Source of the DNA: Bacteroidales bacterium
GTDB lineage: Bacteria > Bacteroidota > Bacteroidia > Bacteroidales > Muribaculaceae
Direction: 5' to 3'
Assembly (NCBI GenBank): GCA_014800845.1
Contig: JAAVFJ010000049.1
Span: 2,181-66,180 of the forward strand
Length of the DNA stretch: 64,000 nt
In this document: piece after piece, positions 47,461-57,439 of the stretch
Position numbering within the stretch: position 1 is the stretch's first letter
Layout of the letters: each line of letters opens with the position of its first letter
Position numbers and translations under genes: made by a program
Notes under the pieces: generated by a model
Seen by the model: the letters and a program-made list of their open reading frames with translations, nothing else
What the model was told of the DNA's origin: nothing
Database searches by the model: none

Positions 47461-50400
47461 TTATTTCTTTACGGCCTCAATCCATCTGCGGGCATTCACG
47501 AATGCCTGCATCCAGGGAGTCACCTGATCGTTAGCGCGAGTTGAGGGATAGTAACCGCACTGCCAGGGGAAGATGGCACGTTCGAGGTGAGGCATCATTG
47601 CCAGATGGCGACCATCGGCACTTGCGATACCTGCCACTGAAGCGTATGAGCCATTGGGGTTGCCGGGATAGCCTGAGTATGCATACTTTGCTATCACTTT
47701 ATATTCCGACAGCTTTTCGGGAAATTCAAATTTGCCTTCGCCGTGAGCCACCCAGATGCCGAGCTTGCTTCCGGAAAGATTGCCGAACATCACGCTGTTG
47801 TTTTCGGGTATCTCAACTGAAAGGAAGTTAGACTCAAATTTGTGGGAGTTATTATGAGCCAATTTGTGGCTCTTTTCATGCTCAGGATAGAGCAGGCCTA
47901 ATTCAGCCATCAGCTGACAGCCGTTACATATACCGAGCGAAAGGGTATCTTTACGGGCATAGAAATTGTCGAGAGCTCGCTTGGCGTTCTCATTAAACAG
48001 GAAGCCACCGGCCCAGCCCTTGGCGGAACCAAGCACGTCGCTGTTAGAGAAGCCGCCGCAGAACACTATCATGTTGACATCTTCCAGAGTTTCGCGGCCG
48101 GAAGTGAGGTCTGTCATGTGAACGTCCTTCACGTCGAAGCCGGCGAGATAAAGGCTGTATGCCATTTCTCGGTCGCCGTTTACGCCCTTCTCACGAATGA
48201 TAGCAGCTTTTACTCCGGAGCGACCCTGACGGTCAGCAGTTATACCCAGGTCAGCCATCTTACCGCTCCAATCCTTAGGCAGACGATAGCGCACGGGCTG
48301 CTTGCGGTAGTTCATGAAGCGAGCGTCAGCACACTTCTTGCCGCTCTGGTCCACGTCAAGCATCCATGAAGAACGATACCACACGTCGCGAAGAGCGTCA
48401 ATGTCAAATTCTTTATAGAAATCATCCTTGCGAACTACGAGGCTACGGGCCTTTGCGGGAGTGCCGATTACATGGTAATCAACCTGGTTGCTGTCAAGTA
48501 CGTCGGTCACTAAATTCCACTTGGAGTCAGCCACCTGCAGAACGATTGCGGGGTTCTCAGCGAAGAGCACCTTTACTACATCGTCCTTGCCGAAATCAGA
48601 AAGGTCTATATTAAGACCACCCTTCATGTTGGCAAAACACATTTCAAGCAGTGTAGTGATGAGACCACCGGCACTAACATCGTGCTGAGCAAGAATCAGA
48701 TTGCGCTCCACAAGCTTTTGAATAGCATTGAAAGTGCGTGCGAAGTAAGCCGCATCTGTCACAGTGGGAGCATCTGCACCTAATTTGTTAAGAGACTGCG
48801 CAAAGGCTGAACCACCAAGCTTCAGAGTGTCTTTGCTCATGTCTATATATATAAGGTGAGAGGCATTGGATTTCAGCACTGGTGAGGTGACGCGACGGAT
48901 ATTGCGAACTTCGCCGGCAGCAGAAATTATAACGGTGCCGGGAGCGTACACTTTGTCATCGCCATATTTCTGAGTCATGGACAGGGAGTCCTTGCCGGTA
49001 GGAATGTTGATACCCAGCTGGCAAGCGAAATCAGAGCATGCTTTCACAGCTTCGTACAAACGGGCATCCTCACCGGGATTCTTACAGGGCCACATCCAGT
49101 TGGCTGACAGAGACACTGATTTCAGGCCCTCCTTAAGGAGCGCGCCTGAGATATTAGTAAGAGCCTCAGCAATAGAGAGTACCGAGCCTTTTGCCGGATC
49201 AATCAGCGCAGCCTGCGGCGCATGGCCTATAGAAGTAGCTATGCCTGATTTTCCACGGTAGTCAAGAGCAACTACGCCACAGTCAGACAGAGGCAGCTGA
49301 AGCTCACCCTGACACTGCTGGCGGGCAATCTTACCTGTCACAGAGCGGTCCACTTTATTAGTTAGCCAGTCCTTACATGCCACAGCTTCAAGCTGGAGCA
49401 TACGCTCAAGGTATGCATCTATTTTATCAGCGGAATACACCACATCTTCGTAATGACGCTCTACAGTATTGTCGCGCATGACAGTCTTCGGAGAGTTGCC
49501 GAACATGTCGGCCATGGCAAGGTCTATGGGCTTAACGCCATCCTTCTGTTCAAATACGAAGCGGTCATCGCCGGTAGTTTCACCCACAACGTAGAACGGT
49601 GCGCGCTCGCGAGCTGCAATCTGGCGAACTATGGCAGTGTCCTTTTCCTTCATAACAAGGCCCATGCGCTCCTGGCTCTCGTTGCCGATAATCTCTTTTG
49701 CAGAAAGGGTAGGATCGCCTACGGGGAGGCTTGCAATATCAATCTTACCACCGGTTGCCTCTACCAACTCAGAGAGAGCGTTGAGGTGGCCACCTGCGCC
49801 GTGGTCGTGAATACTTACACAGGGATTGTGCTCCATCTCAGCAAGGGCGCGAACAACATTGCTCACACGCTTCTGCATCTCAGGGTTAGCACGCTGCACA
49901 GCATTGAGCTCAATGGAGTTGTCATATTCACCGGTTTCTACCGATGACACTGCACCGCCACCCATACCGATACGATAGTTGTCGCCACCCATGACTACAA
50001 CCTTCATTCCCGGTTCGGGTTCACCTTTGATAGCATCTTTAAGAGTACCGAAGCCTACACCGCCGGCAAGCATTATCACCTTGTCATAGGCCAGATTGCG
50101 ATCATGCTCGGCATGCTCAAATGTAAGCACTGAGCCGCAGATGAGGGGCTGACCGAATTTGTTGCCGAAATCGCTTGCGCCATTTGATGCCTTAATCAGA
50201 ATCTCTTCAGGAGTCTGATAAAGCCACGGACGGGGGAGGGGAGCACCCTTCTCCCATGCACGCACTTCGTCGGGACGCGGATAAGATGTCATATAAACAG
50301 CTGTGCCGGCAATCGGGAGAGATGCCTTACCACCACCAAGACGGTCACGAATCTCACCCCCTGTACCGGTAGCCGCGCCGTTAAAAGGCTCTACGGTGGT

Positions 50401-51156
50401 AGGGAAGTTATGAGTCTCTGCTTTCAGGGAGATTACAGTATTGATGTTGCGTTCCTCAAAGTAATCGGCCTTTTCGGGATTAACAGGAGCAAACTGTTTG
50501 GCTTTAGGACCTTTTACGAAAGCCACGTTATCCTTATAAGCTGAGACAAGGGCGTTGGGATTTTCCTGCGATGTCTTTTTGATGAGCTTAAATAATGAAG
50601 AGGGGCGCTCCTCACCATCTATAATAAATGTACCATTGAAAATTTTGTGGCGACAATGTTCTGAGTTTACCTGAGAGAAGCCGAACACCTCACTATCCGT
50701 GAGTTTGCGGCCAAGTTTCTCTTCCAACCCCTTGAGATAGGCTATCTCCTCAGCAGAAAGAGCCAAGCCCTCCTTCTTGTTATATTCCTCAAGATCAGAA
50801 ATATAAACAATCTCTTCAGGTTGGCGGGTAATGTTGAATACATCGGGGGTAAGACCATCATACACATGTTGGAGCATGCGGTCAAATTTAGGGTCTGAGG
50901 AATTAGCCTTAAAATACTCCTCTATTCGCTCTATGCCACTTATACCCATGTTCTGGGTGATTTCCACTGCATTCGTGCTCCAGGGAGTAATCATCTCCTT
51001 ACGGGGACCTACGAATGTGCCGCTGATTCGGTGAGACTTAAGTGGTTTGGCTCCATCAAAAAGCCAAGTAAGTTTCTCTAACGATTCGGCTGATAAAGCT
51101 TCTTTACTTTTAACGGCAATAATAAGCGAACTGCCTTTTTTGAAAAATGTGACCAT
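47461..51156 (-). CDS. purL: Phosphoribosylformylglycinamidine synthase, large single-chain form (start corrected to ATG 51156)
   Basis: NSEHCRHK, KAETHNFPT, IHDHGAGG, ESQERM, glutaminase GICNGCQ, MMPHLER. A promoter lies inside the track's extra 22 codons. Confidence 0.97.
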   Translation of the reverse strand: MVTFFKKGSSLIIAVKSKEALSAESLEKLTWLFDGAKPLKSHRISGTFVGPRKEMITPWSTNAVEITQNMGISGIERIEEYFKANSSDPKFDRMLQHVYDGLTPDVFNITRQPEEIVYISDLEEYNKKEGLALSAEEIAYLKGLEEKLGRKLTDSEVFGFSQVNSEHCRHKIFNGTFIIDGEERPSSLFKLIKKTSQENPNALVSAYKDNVAFVKGPKAKQFAPVNPEKADYFEERNINTVISLKAETHNFPTTVEPFNGAATGTGGEIRDRLGGGKASLPIAGTAVYMTSYPRPDEVRAWEKGAPLPRPWLYQTPEEILIKASNGASDFGNKFGQPLICGSVLTFEHAEHDRNLAYDKVIMLAGGVGFGTLKDAIKGEPEPGMKVVVMGGDNYRIGMGGGAVSSVETGEYDNSIELNAVQRANPEMQKRVSNVVRALAEMEHNPCVSIHDHGAGGHLNALSELVEATGGKIDIASLPVGDPTLSAKEIIGNESQERMGLVMKEKDTAIVRQIAARERAPFYVVGETTGDDRFVFEQKDGVKPIDLAMADMFGNSPKTVMRDNTVERHYEDVVYSADKIDAYLERMLQLEAVACKDWLTNKVDRSVTGKIARQQCQGELQLPLSDCGVVALDYRGKSGIATSIGHAPQAALIDPAKGSVLSIAEALTNISGALLKEGLKSVSLSANWMWPCKNPGEDARLYEAVKACSDFACQLGINIPTGKDSLSMTQKYGDDKVYAPGTVIISAAGEVRNIRRVTSPVLKSNASHLIYIDMSKDTLKLGGSAFAQSLNKLGADAPTVTDAAYFARTFNAIQKLVERNLILAQHDVSAGGLITTLLEMCFANMKGGLNIDLSDFGKDDVVKVLFAENPAIVLQVADSKWNLVTDVLDSNQVDYHVIGTPAKARSLVVRKDDFYKEFDIDALRDVWYRSSWMLDVDQSGKKCADARFMNYRKQPVRYRLPKDWSGKMADLGITADRQGRSGVKAAIIREKGVNGDREMAYSLYLAGFDVKDVHMTDLTSGRETLEDVNMIVFCGGFSNSDVLGSAKGWAGGFLFNENAKRALDNFYARKDTLSLGICNGCQLMAELGLLYPEHEKSHKLAHNNSHKFESNFLSVEIPENNSVMFGNLSGSKLGIWVAHGEGKFEFPEKLSEYKVIAKYAYSGYPGNPNGSYASVAGIASADGRHLAMMPHLERAIFPWQCGYYPSTRANDQVTPWMQAFVNARRWIEAVKK

Positions 51157-51192
51157 GCTTTGCGAAGTGATGGTGTTGAAATTAATTTTCTG

Positions 51193-51223
51193 CAAAGTTA
51201 ATAATTTTTGCCGAATACTCAAA
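51193..51223 (-). promoter_or_regulatory. Housekeeping promoter for purL
   Basis: TTTG, 19-nt spacer, TAACTTTG. Confidence 0.75.
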
Positions 51224-51300
51224 GTGATTTTTCAGAACGGCGCAACGGCATAAGACACAGGTGAAAAGAACATAGGGGAGAGCTCTGTTGTTATCACATC

Positions 51301-52125
51301 ATGAACATAAACGTAAAATTTATCTGGCACGATTGCTTCTTGGTCACCTTGCCCGAATGTGTGATTGTTTCAGATTATTGGGTGGACGCTCCCAACGGTG
51401 TACCCGCGGCAACTGATCTCCCTAAGTTTTTAGAGGATATCTCGCCTGACATGCCCCTATATGTGTTAGTTTCACATCACCATAAGGACCACTTCACTAA
51501 ATCGATATTCAAATGGGCTAGTAAATTCTCGCGCGTACACTATATTATTAGCAAAGACACTGCGCGATTTATCAAATACCTGCTCAACCCGAACTCCACA
51601 TATTCCGGCGCCTATTCCATTGATATTAACAGCGTTACAGTCCTGAAATCCGGGATGGAATTCGCAGATGATATTCTCACCGTTCAGGCATACGGTTCCA
51701 CTGATATAGGGAACAGTTATCTTATTGAATATAAAGGATATAAGTTCTTTCATGCCGGAGATCTAAACGCATGGATATGGAAAGATGAGTCAACAGAGCA
51801 GGAAATTAACAAGGCATTGGGAGATTATAAGGTAATAATTAATTCTATAAAGGGGTGCAATCCCGATATAAATGTCGTATTCTTTCCGGTTGATTCTCGC
51901 ATAGGTTCAGAATACTGGACCGGCGCTAAAATTTTCCTTAAGGAAATCAACGTAGAGTATTTTATTCCGATGCATTTCTGCCTATACGACACTCAAGAGC
52001 AATTTAAAAAGCGAAAACTTGATGCTACACGCACCAAACTATACAAACCTGACAAGGACACAATATTTCCGCGTTTGACCGAGCCATACGAAAGCATCGA
52101 GCTAAACTTAAATCGATCCTTTTAG
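51301..52125 (+). CDS. Metallo-beta-lactamase-fold hydrolase (UlaG-like)
   Basis: WHDCF, VSHHHKDHF (HxHxDH), FFHAGD, FIPMHF motifs. Confidence 0.85.
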   Translation: MNINVKFIWHDCFLVTLPECVIVSDYWVDAPNGVPAATDLPKFLEDISPDMPLYVLVSHHHKDHFTKSIFKWASKFSRVHYIISKDTARFIKYLLNPNSTYSGAYSIDINSVTVLKSGMEFADDILTVQAYGSTDIGNSYLIEYKGYKFFHAGDLNAWIWKDESTEQEINKALGDYKVIINSIKGCNPDINVVFFPVDSRIGSEYWTGAKIFLKEINVEYFIPMHFCLYDTQEQFKKRKLDATRTKLYKPDKDTIFPRLTEPYESIELNLNRSF

Positions 52126-52753
52126 TGAGGCACGTGAATTCTCGTTAGGGTACTAAGCCGAGATTTAATTTAACAGTGCTTAAATGACGCCACCGGCAAA
52201 CCGCGTCAGTTCCCAAAGCGTGAAAAGCGAATTATTTAAAGTACTCAAATGAATGTAGCGCAGAACCCCAATCTTAGCGCCACTAAGAAGCTGCTATACA
52301 TACCTCTTAAATCTGTAGCTACAAGATCATAGCAAAGCAAATGATGATTACAGAAAGTATTTACTTACACAATAAAAATAGACTTCATAGCAAAGTAGTT
52401 AAGATTACTTCAGAGATGCTTATCATGAACGTTCTGATGACATAAATAGGTTTCATAGCAAAATAGGTTATGATCAAGTTAAGAGAAGTAAATTAGAAAC
52501 ATTCAGACAAAACACAAATAGCCTCGACAGATTGGCTTAAACGTAGCACAGTCCATAGGGGATTAGTTGCCTCTCGCATTTTGTTTGACATAACAGGAAT
52601 TATACAGAGGGGCAACCCGGCCAAATGTAATGTGGTCGGAAGACAAATTTAACTATGCCGGTTCTTACCGCAATCTACACCCGGGCGACAACTCTGCAAC
52701 AGCTCGGAATTGAATCAATATCCGAATTTATTGCGCGTCATAGCTTTTTTTTG

Positions 52754-52761
52754 TAATTTTG
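52754..52761 (+). promoter_or_regulatory. -7 promoter element (TAATTTTG) 7 nt before the ATG of the hydrolase-murF-like operon
   Basis: Exact TAnnTTTG match. Confidence 0.65.
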
Positions 52762-52768
52762 CAGCGTT

Positions 52769-53554
52769 ATGAACAAGACCGCTATATTGCCCGGTGGTAT
52801 TGAATTACATTACACCGAAACCGGAAATCCTGATGGTGCTCCAATTCTTCTGATGCATGGTTGGGGTTGCAATCACTCAACTCTCGCATCTATTGAACGC
52901 ATTGTCGCGTCAAACATGCGTGTTATCAATGTTGACCTTCCCGGGTTTGGTGACAGCCCTGAGCCTACTGAGGTCTGGGGTGTTGATGACTATACTCGTG
53001 CGATTGAGGCGTTTGTAAAGCAGCTTAATCTCAAAAATCCCACACTCTTGGGCCACTCTTTTGGTGGTCGCATCAGCCTGCTTATAGGCTCTCGTAATCC
53101 CATTCATAAGATAATTTTGGTGGATGCTGCGGGCGTTAAGCCTCACCATTCTCTAAGTTGGTACTTGAAGGTTTATTCCTATAAATTTATCAAGAAGCTT
53201 TACCCCATAATCTTCGGCAAAAACGGCGCTCAAAAGAGAATCGAGGCTGCAAGACGCAGACGAAGTTCTGCCGATTATCAGCAGGCATCGCCTATGATGA
53301 GGGCTATTCTTAGCAAATGCGTAAACGAGGACCTCTGCCACGTCATGCCCGACATTAAGGCGCCTACCCTGCTTATTTGGGGCGAAAATGATACGGCAAC
53401 TCCCCTATCAGACGCAAAAAAGATGGAAAAACTTATTCCCGATGCCGGTCTTGTTTCGTTTCCCGATTGCGGGCATTACAGCTTCCTCGACAATCCTGCC
53501 GGATTTAAAGCAGTGCTTACATCTTTCTTAAGTAAAGAATTGAACAACAACTGA
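52769..53554 (+). CDS. Alpha/beta-fold hydrolase
   Basis: MHGWG, VDLPGFGDS, nucleophile elbow GHSFGG, WGENDTATP, CGH. Confidence 0.92.
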   Translation: MNKTAILPGGIELHYTETGNPDGAPILLMHGWGCNHSTLASIERIVASNMRVINVDLPGFGDSPEPTEVWGVDDYTRAIEAFVKQLNLKNPTLLGHSFGGRISLLIGSRNPIHKIILVDAAGVKPHHSLSWYLKVYSYKFIKKLYPIIFGKNGAQKRIEAARRRRSSADYQQASPMMRAILSKCVNEDLCHVMPDIKAPTLLIWGENDTATPLSDAKKMEKLIPDAGLVSFPDCGHYSFLDNPAGFKAVLTSFLSKELNNN

Positions 53555-53556
53555 TT

Positions 53557-55176
53557 ATGACAGCTATTCTCATCACTCTTTATGTGATATGCGGTGCATA
53601 CATGCTCCTCAATTTTAAGCGTGACATCCATGCGTTTCAGCTGAATTCCTACCGAATTTCGCGTTACTGGCGGTGGTTGCGCCATGGCAATCTCATGCCT
53701 GCTTGGAGACTTACAGACGTGGCGCTGATATTTTTATTGCTTACCCCCTTCATGTGGGTGGGGTTAATAGCTGTGCCTATCACGCTGATAGTTAAATCTA
53801 TAATGATTCTCACGGCCAAGTATAAAAAACCATTGGCCTTCACCAAGCGCGTCATACGTCTGTACTGTTGCACCGGCATTATAGCGACTGCTCTCTACGC
53901 TGCCTTGACAATACTTATTGTAAGAGGCACCATCCCTTTGCATCTCAACGCCTATTTTAATGAGACTGACTCTCTTGCACCCGTAGTGATACTGCTGTTA
54001 ATGACCACATTCTCCTGGGCTTTCGTTATGCTGGGCGCAATCGTTATCAGTCCTTGTGAAGCAGCCATCAACCGTCATTACTACAACGATGCTGCACGCA
54101 TGTTGCGCAGCATGCCCGACATGAAAATCATAGGCATAACCGGCTCCTACGGCAAAACAAGCACCAAGCATTATTTACAGAGAATATTGAGCGAAAAATT
54201 TGAAGTGCTCATGACCCCCGGCTCCTTTAACACTCCTATGGGTGTGATAAGAACCGTTCGCGAAATGCTCAAGCCATATCACGAAATATTCATCTGCGAA
54301 ATGGGTGCTAAACAGACTGGTGATATTAAAGAGATATGCGATCTTGTGCACCCACAGATGGGTATAATCACCGCAGTGGGTCCGATGCACCTCGAGACCT
54401 TTAAGAGCATAGAGAATGTGCAGCGCACCAAGTTTGAGCTCGCAGATGCTCTGCCTGCAGATGGCTTGGTTGTCATCAACAACGACTTCCCCTACTCGGC
54501 ATCGCGCGAGGTTGAGAATGTGGAGGCCATTCGCTACGGCATCTCCAACACTGAGAATGTGTCGTACACCGTAGACAACATAGTCTGCACACCTGAAGGC
54601 ACCGACTTTACCGTAATAGGTCCTAACGACCTGCATCTTGATCTTCACACTCGTCTTATCGGTGAAAGCAATCTCTCAAACCTCACAGCTGCTGTAATAA
54701 TAGCTCTCAAGCTTGGTGTAAGCCATGAGCAGATACGCAAGTCTGTAGAACACATTGACCAGGTAGAGCACCGCCTGAGCATGAAGAAAACACCCGCTGG
54801 CGTAACTATCATTGACGATGCTTACAATTCCAACCCGGTAGGCTCGCGAATGGCTGTAGAGGCTCTGGGCAAGTTTAAAGATGGACGCAGAATTATCATC
54901 ACTCCCGGCATGATTGAGTTAGGCAACCGTCAATATGAACTGAACAAGGAGTTCGGCAAGCACATAGCCCGCAATGTCGACATAGCAATTATAGTAGGCG
55001 AATACAATCGCAAAGCCATCTCCGACGGTATCAAGGAATCAAATGTGCTGAACGAGGATTCCATATATTATGTGAGCACCTTTATGGAGTCGCAGCAGCT
55101 GCTGAATTCAGAGCTCCGTATGACTAAAGGCGACACAGTGCTCTATGAAAATGACCTTCCTGATACATTCAAGTAG
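53557..55176 (+). CDS. MurF-like Mur ligase with N-terminal multi-TM region
   Basis: About 150 hydrophobic N-terminal residues, then GITGSYGKTSTK, CEMGA, DDAYNSNP, TPGMIELG; ends ENDLPDTF. Confidence 0.85.
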   Translation: MTAILITLYVICGAYMLLNFKRDIHAFQLNSYRISRYWRWLRHGNLMPAWRLTDVALIFLLLTPFMWVGLIAVPITLIVKSIMILTAKYKKPLAFTKRVIRLYCCTGIIATALYAALTILIVRGTIPLHLNAYFNETDSLAPVVILLLMTTFSWAFVMLGAIVISPCEAAINRHYYNDAARMLRSMPDMKIIGITGSYGKTSTKHYLQRILSEKFEVLMTPGSFNTPMGVIRTVREMLKPYHEIFICEMGAKQTGDIKEICDLVHPQMGIITAVGPMHLETFKSIENVQRTKFELADALPADGLVVINNDFPYSASREVENVEAIRYGISNTENVSYTVDNIVCTPEGTDFTVIGPNDLHLDLHTRLIGESNLSNLTAAVIIALKLGVSHEQIRKSVEHIDQVEHRLSMKKTPAGVTIIDDAYNSNPVGSRMAVEALGKFKDGRRIIITPGMIELGNRQYELNKEFGKHIARNVDIAIIVGEYNRKAISDGIKESNVLNEDSIYYVSTFMESQQLLNSELRMTKGDTVLYENDLPDTFK

Positions 55177-55201
55177 CCTTCATATATAGAGCTTACGATA
55201 T

Positions 55202-55236
55202 AAAATCTGCGGAATCAGCCATATTTCGCAGATTTT
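55202..55236 (+). terminator. Terminator-like hairpin after the murF-like gene
   Basis: AAAATCTGCG / CGCAGATTTT stem. Confidence 0.6.
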
Positions 55237-55258
55237 TAACACTTATTACGCAATAATT

Positions 55259-55290
55259 TTTGGAAATGCCGTAATAATGTCTTAACTTTG
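55259..55290 (+). promoter_or_regulatory. Housekeeping promoter for the sigma factor gene
   Basis: TTTG, 20-nt spacer, TAACTTTG. Confidence 0.7.
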
Positions 55291-55403
55291 TATTCCAAAA
55301 TCAGAGAAACCCAATCTCTTACAGCTAATCATTTAAAATTTTAACCCATCAAATCCTGAGCCTATAGATCAAATTCTACTTCAACATTAACAAAGGAATA
55401 GGA

Positions 55404-55994
55404 ATGGTAAATATGATGAGCAAAACCGACGAACAGTTGGTGAAAGCTTACAGCAATGGTAACAATGAGGCTTTTGACATCCTGCTCAAAAGGCATCAAG
55501 ACCGAATCTTCAACTATATCATTCGTATCGTAAAGAATGAAGATATAGCAAATGACATATTTCAGGATACTTTCGTAAAAGCTATCACTACTATACGCCA
55601 AGGCCGATACACGGAGCATGGCAAGTTTCCCGCTTGGATTTCGCGTATAGCCCACAACCTGATTATAGACTACTATCGTCAGGAGAAAGCCGAAAATGTG
55701 CAAAGCAGCGATGCTGAGGAAGTAGACATCCTTAATCGTAAAGAGCTCAGCGAAGAGACCATCGAGGATCTGATCATTACAGAACAGATTCATGAAGATG
55801 TTCGCTACCTGATAGATGAACTTCCTGAAGCACAGCGAGAAGTATTGGTTATGAGATACTACCGAAACATGAGCTTTAAAGAAATAGCCGACGCCACCGG
55901 TGTCAGCATCAACACCGCTCTTGGTCGCATGCGTTACGCTATTCTGAACATGCGCCGCATTGCCTCCTCCAAAGACATGGTGCTTAACCCCTAA
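55404..55994 (+). CDS. ECF-type RNA polymerase sigma-70 factor
   Basis: Region 2 (DIFQDTFVKA...WISRIAHNLIIDYYR) and region 4 (SFKEIADATGVSINTALGRMRYA). Confidence 0.92.
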   Translation: MVNMMSKTDEQLVKAYSNGNNEAFDILLKRHQDRIFNYIIRIVKNEDIANDIFQDTFVKAITTIRQGRYTEHGKFPAWISRIAHNLIIDYYRQEKAENVQSSDAEEVDILNRKELSEETIEDLIITEQIHEDVRYLIDELPEAQREVLVMRYYRNMSFKEIADATGVSINTALGRMRYAILNMRRIASSKDMVLNP

Positions 55995-55998
55995 TCTC

Positions 55999-56661
55999 AT
56001 GGCTCGGATCTCCCCCATTAAACTCAGCGCGTCATTTCCCCACCGTAAGGGAAACGATGCGCTTAGTTATTTTTTTAAGGTCTGCTTAATAGTAGTTCTT
56101 CTGTGTTGCGCAGCAGAAATCTCCGCACAGATTCCTCAAAAGGCTCCGCGACATAAAGTCATTACCATAAAAGAGGCCGAGAAATGGTGCGATACCCAGA
56201 CAATAAAAAATCCCGAAGGCATCTACTGGTATCCGAAGTATCAGGCTGTTGTGCTTGTAAGAAATGTCGGCCGCGGCTATGCCAAGCTTGGCCCCTACGA
56301 GATAGTATGTATACAATGCGATAACTTGCTCTATCCTCCCGGGCAGGTAATCGGCTACATCTCTACCACCGGAGATCCAACTCAACTGTCGCTTACTCTT
56401 TATAAAAAGGTTGAAGTGTCCGGTCTCTCGAAGCCTCAGCAATTTATTGCAAAGTATAATGCCTCGCAGTGCGCGATTACATATCAGCGGCCCTACACAA
56501 AATTCTCGTTCAATCCATTTTCTCTTATTCCTAAAATTGGCAGGTTTATAAGGTTTAGCCATACCGATCCAAACATCCACGCCACAGAGGGCCTGCAGCG
56601 AATTTATCCGAAGGTTCTCACCTCACCGTTAAACTCTTTCCAACTCCCAATATATTTATAG
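55999..56661 (+). CDS. Hypothetical, probably secreted protein
   Basis: Open frame directly after the sigma factor; hydrophobic signal-like segment FFKVCLIVVLLCCAAEISAQ. Start uncertain. Confidence 0.6.
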   Translation: MARISPIKLSASFPHRKGNDALSYFFKVCLIVVLLCCAAEISAQIPQKAPRHKVITIKEAEKWCDTQTIKNPEGIYWYPKYQAVVLVRNVGRGYAKLGPYEIVCIQCDNLLYPPGQVIGYISTTGDPTQLSLTLYKKVEVSGLSKPQQFIAKYNASQCAITYQRPYTKFSFNPFSLIPKIGRFIRFSHTDPNIHATEGLQRIYPKVLTSPLNSFQLPIYL

Positions 56662-56756
56662 CCTGTTTTCTCCTCAAAAAATATATTTAGTAATATCTTG
56701 GCAATCAAGTATTTCTAAAAAGAGGCTTAAAAAGATTGAAAAAATTCTCGGAAAAA

Positions 56757-56788
56757 TTTGCACAGACCGAAAAAACTTCGTAACTTTG
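56757..56788 (+). promoter_or_regulatory. Promoter of tRNA-Ser
   Basis: TTTG, 20-nt spacer, TAACTTTG. Confidence 0.8.
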
Positions 56789-56828
56789 CACTCGCAAACG
56801 GGAAACAACATCCCACCACAAAAGCACT

Positions 56829-56913
56829 GGAGAGATGGCAGAGTGGTCGATTGCGGCGGTCTTGAAAACCGTTGAGGGTCACACCTCCGGGGGTTCGAAT
56901 CCCTCTCTCTCCG
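56829..56913 (+). tRNA. tRNA-Ser (anticodon UGA), CCA not encoded
   Basis: Acceptor stem GGAGAGA/TCTCTCC, anticodon loop CTTGAAA (TGA at 56863-65), long variable arm, GGTTCGAATCC T-arm, discriminator G. Confidence 0.97.
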
Positions 56914-56919
56914 CTTCTT

Positions 56920-56947
56920 AAGCCTGCTTCAAAGCAGGCTTTTTTTG
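56920..56947 (+). terminator. Intrinsic terminator after tRNA-Ser
   Basis: AGCCTGCTT / AAGCAGGCT stem plus T-tract. Confidence 0.85.
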
Positions 56948-56995
56948 TTATTGTTTTGCAGACGCGACCTCGGTCGTTTTTTTAAATTCTGAGTT

Positions 56996-57439
56996 ATGAA
57001 GATTAAAGTGAAACGTTTTGAAGAGCTCACCACTTCTGAATTATATGAAATTCTGCGTTGCAGAGCTGAAGTGTTCATCGTAGGCCAGCACTGCAACTAT
57101 CAGGATATTGATGGTGCGGACAAAGCATCGACACACATATATTTCGAAGAGGATGGTTCTATCTTAGCTTACCTTAGAGTGATTGACCCGGGAGTGAAAT
57201 TCCCGGCGGCATCTATCGGACGCGTCCTTACCATGAATGAGTTTCGCGGTCATGGTTTGGCCAGAAAGCTGATGCTTGAGGGTATATCAGTAGCACAAAA
57301 GCTCTCTGATACTATTGAGATAGAGGCTCAGTCATATCTGGTTGACTTCTACCGGTCACTCGGTTTTCGCGAAACTTCCGAGGAATATCTCATTGATGGG
57401 CTTCCTCACATCAGCATGGTTTTAAATATTTCAAAATAA
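56996..57439 (+). CDS. GNAT-family acetyltransferase (ElaA-like)
   Basis: LYEILRCRAEVFIVGQ, SIGRV...FRGHGLARKLM, AQSYLVDFYRSLGF. Confidence 0.9.
   Translation: MKIKVKRFEELTTSELYEILRCRAEVFIVGQHCNYQDIDGADKASTHIYFEEDGSILAYLRVIDPGVKFPAASIGRVLTMNEFRGHGLARKLMLEGISVAQKLSDTIEIEAQSYLVDFYRSLGFRETSEEYLIDGLPHISMVLNISK

Noticed and set aside
52328-52463. Three CATAGCAAA repeats as a degenerate CRISPR array
   Set aside because: Repeats are only 9-10 nt, spacing is unequal (58 and 68 nt), and no cas genes are nearby.
55362-56018. 218-aa minus-strand ORF and other long antisense ORFs (e.g. 10802-11641, 14218-14781, 60913-61524)
   Set aside because: They overlap well-supported genes on the opposite strand and show no recognisable motifs.
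56057-56077. T7 tract where one extra T would put ATG 56057 in frame and give a textbook signal peptide (possible phase variation)
   Set aside because: The frame is already open from ATG 55999, and a 7-nt run is short for slippage; cannot be supported without read data.
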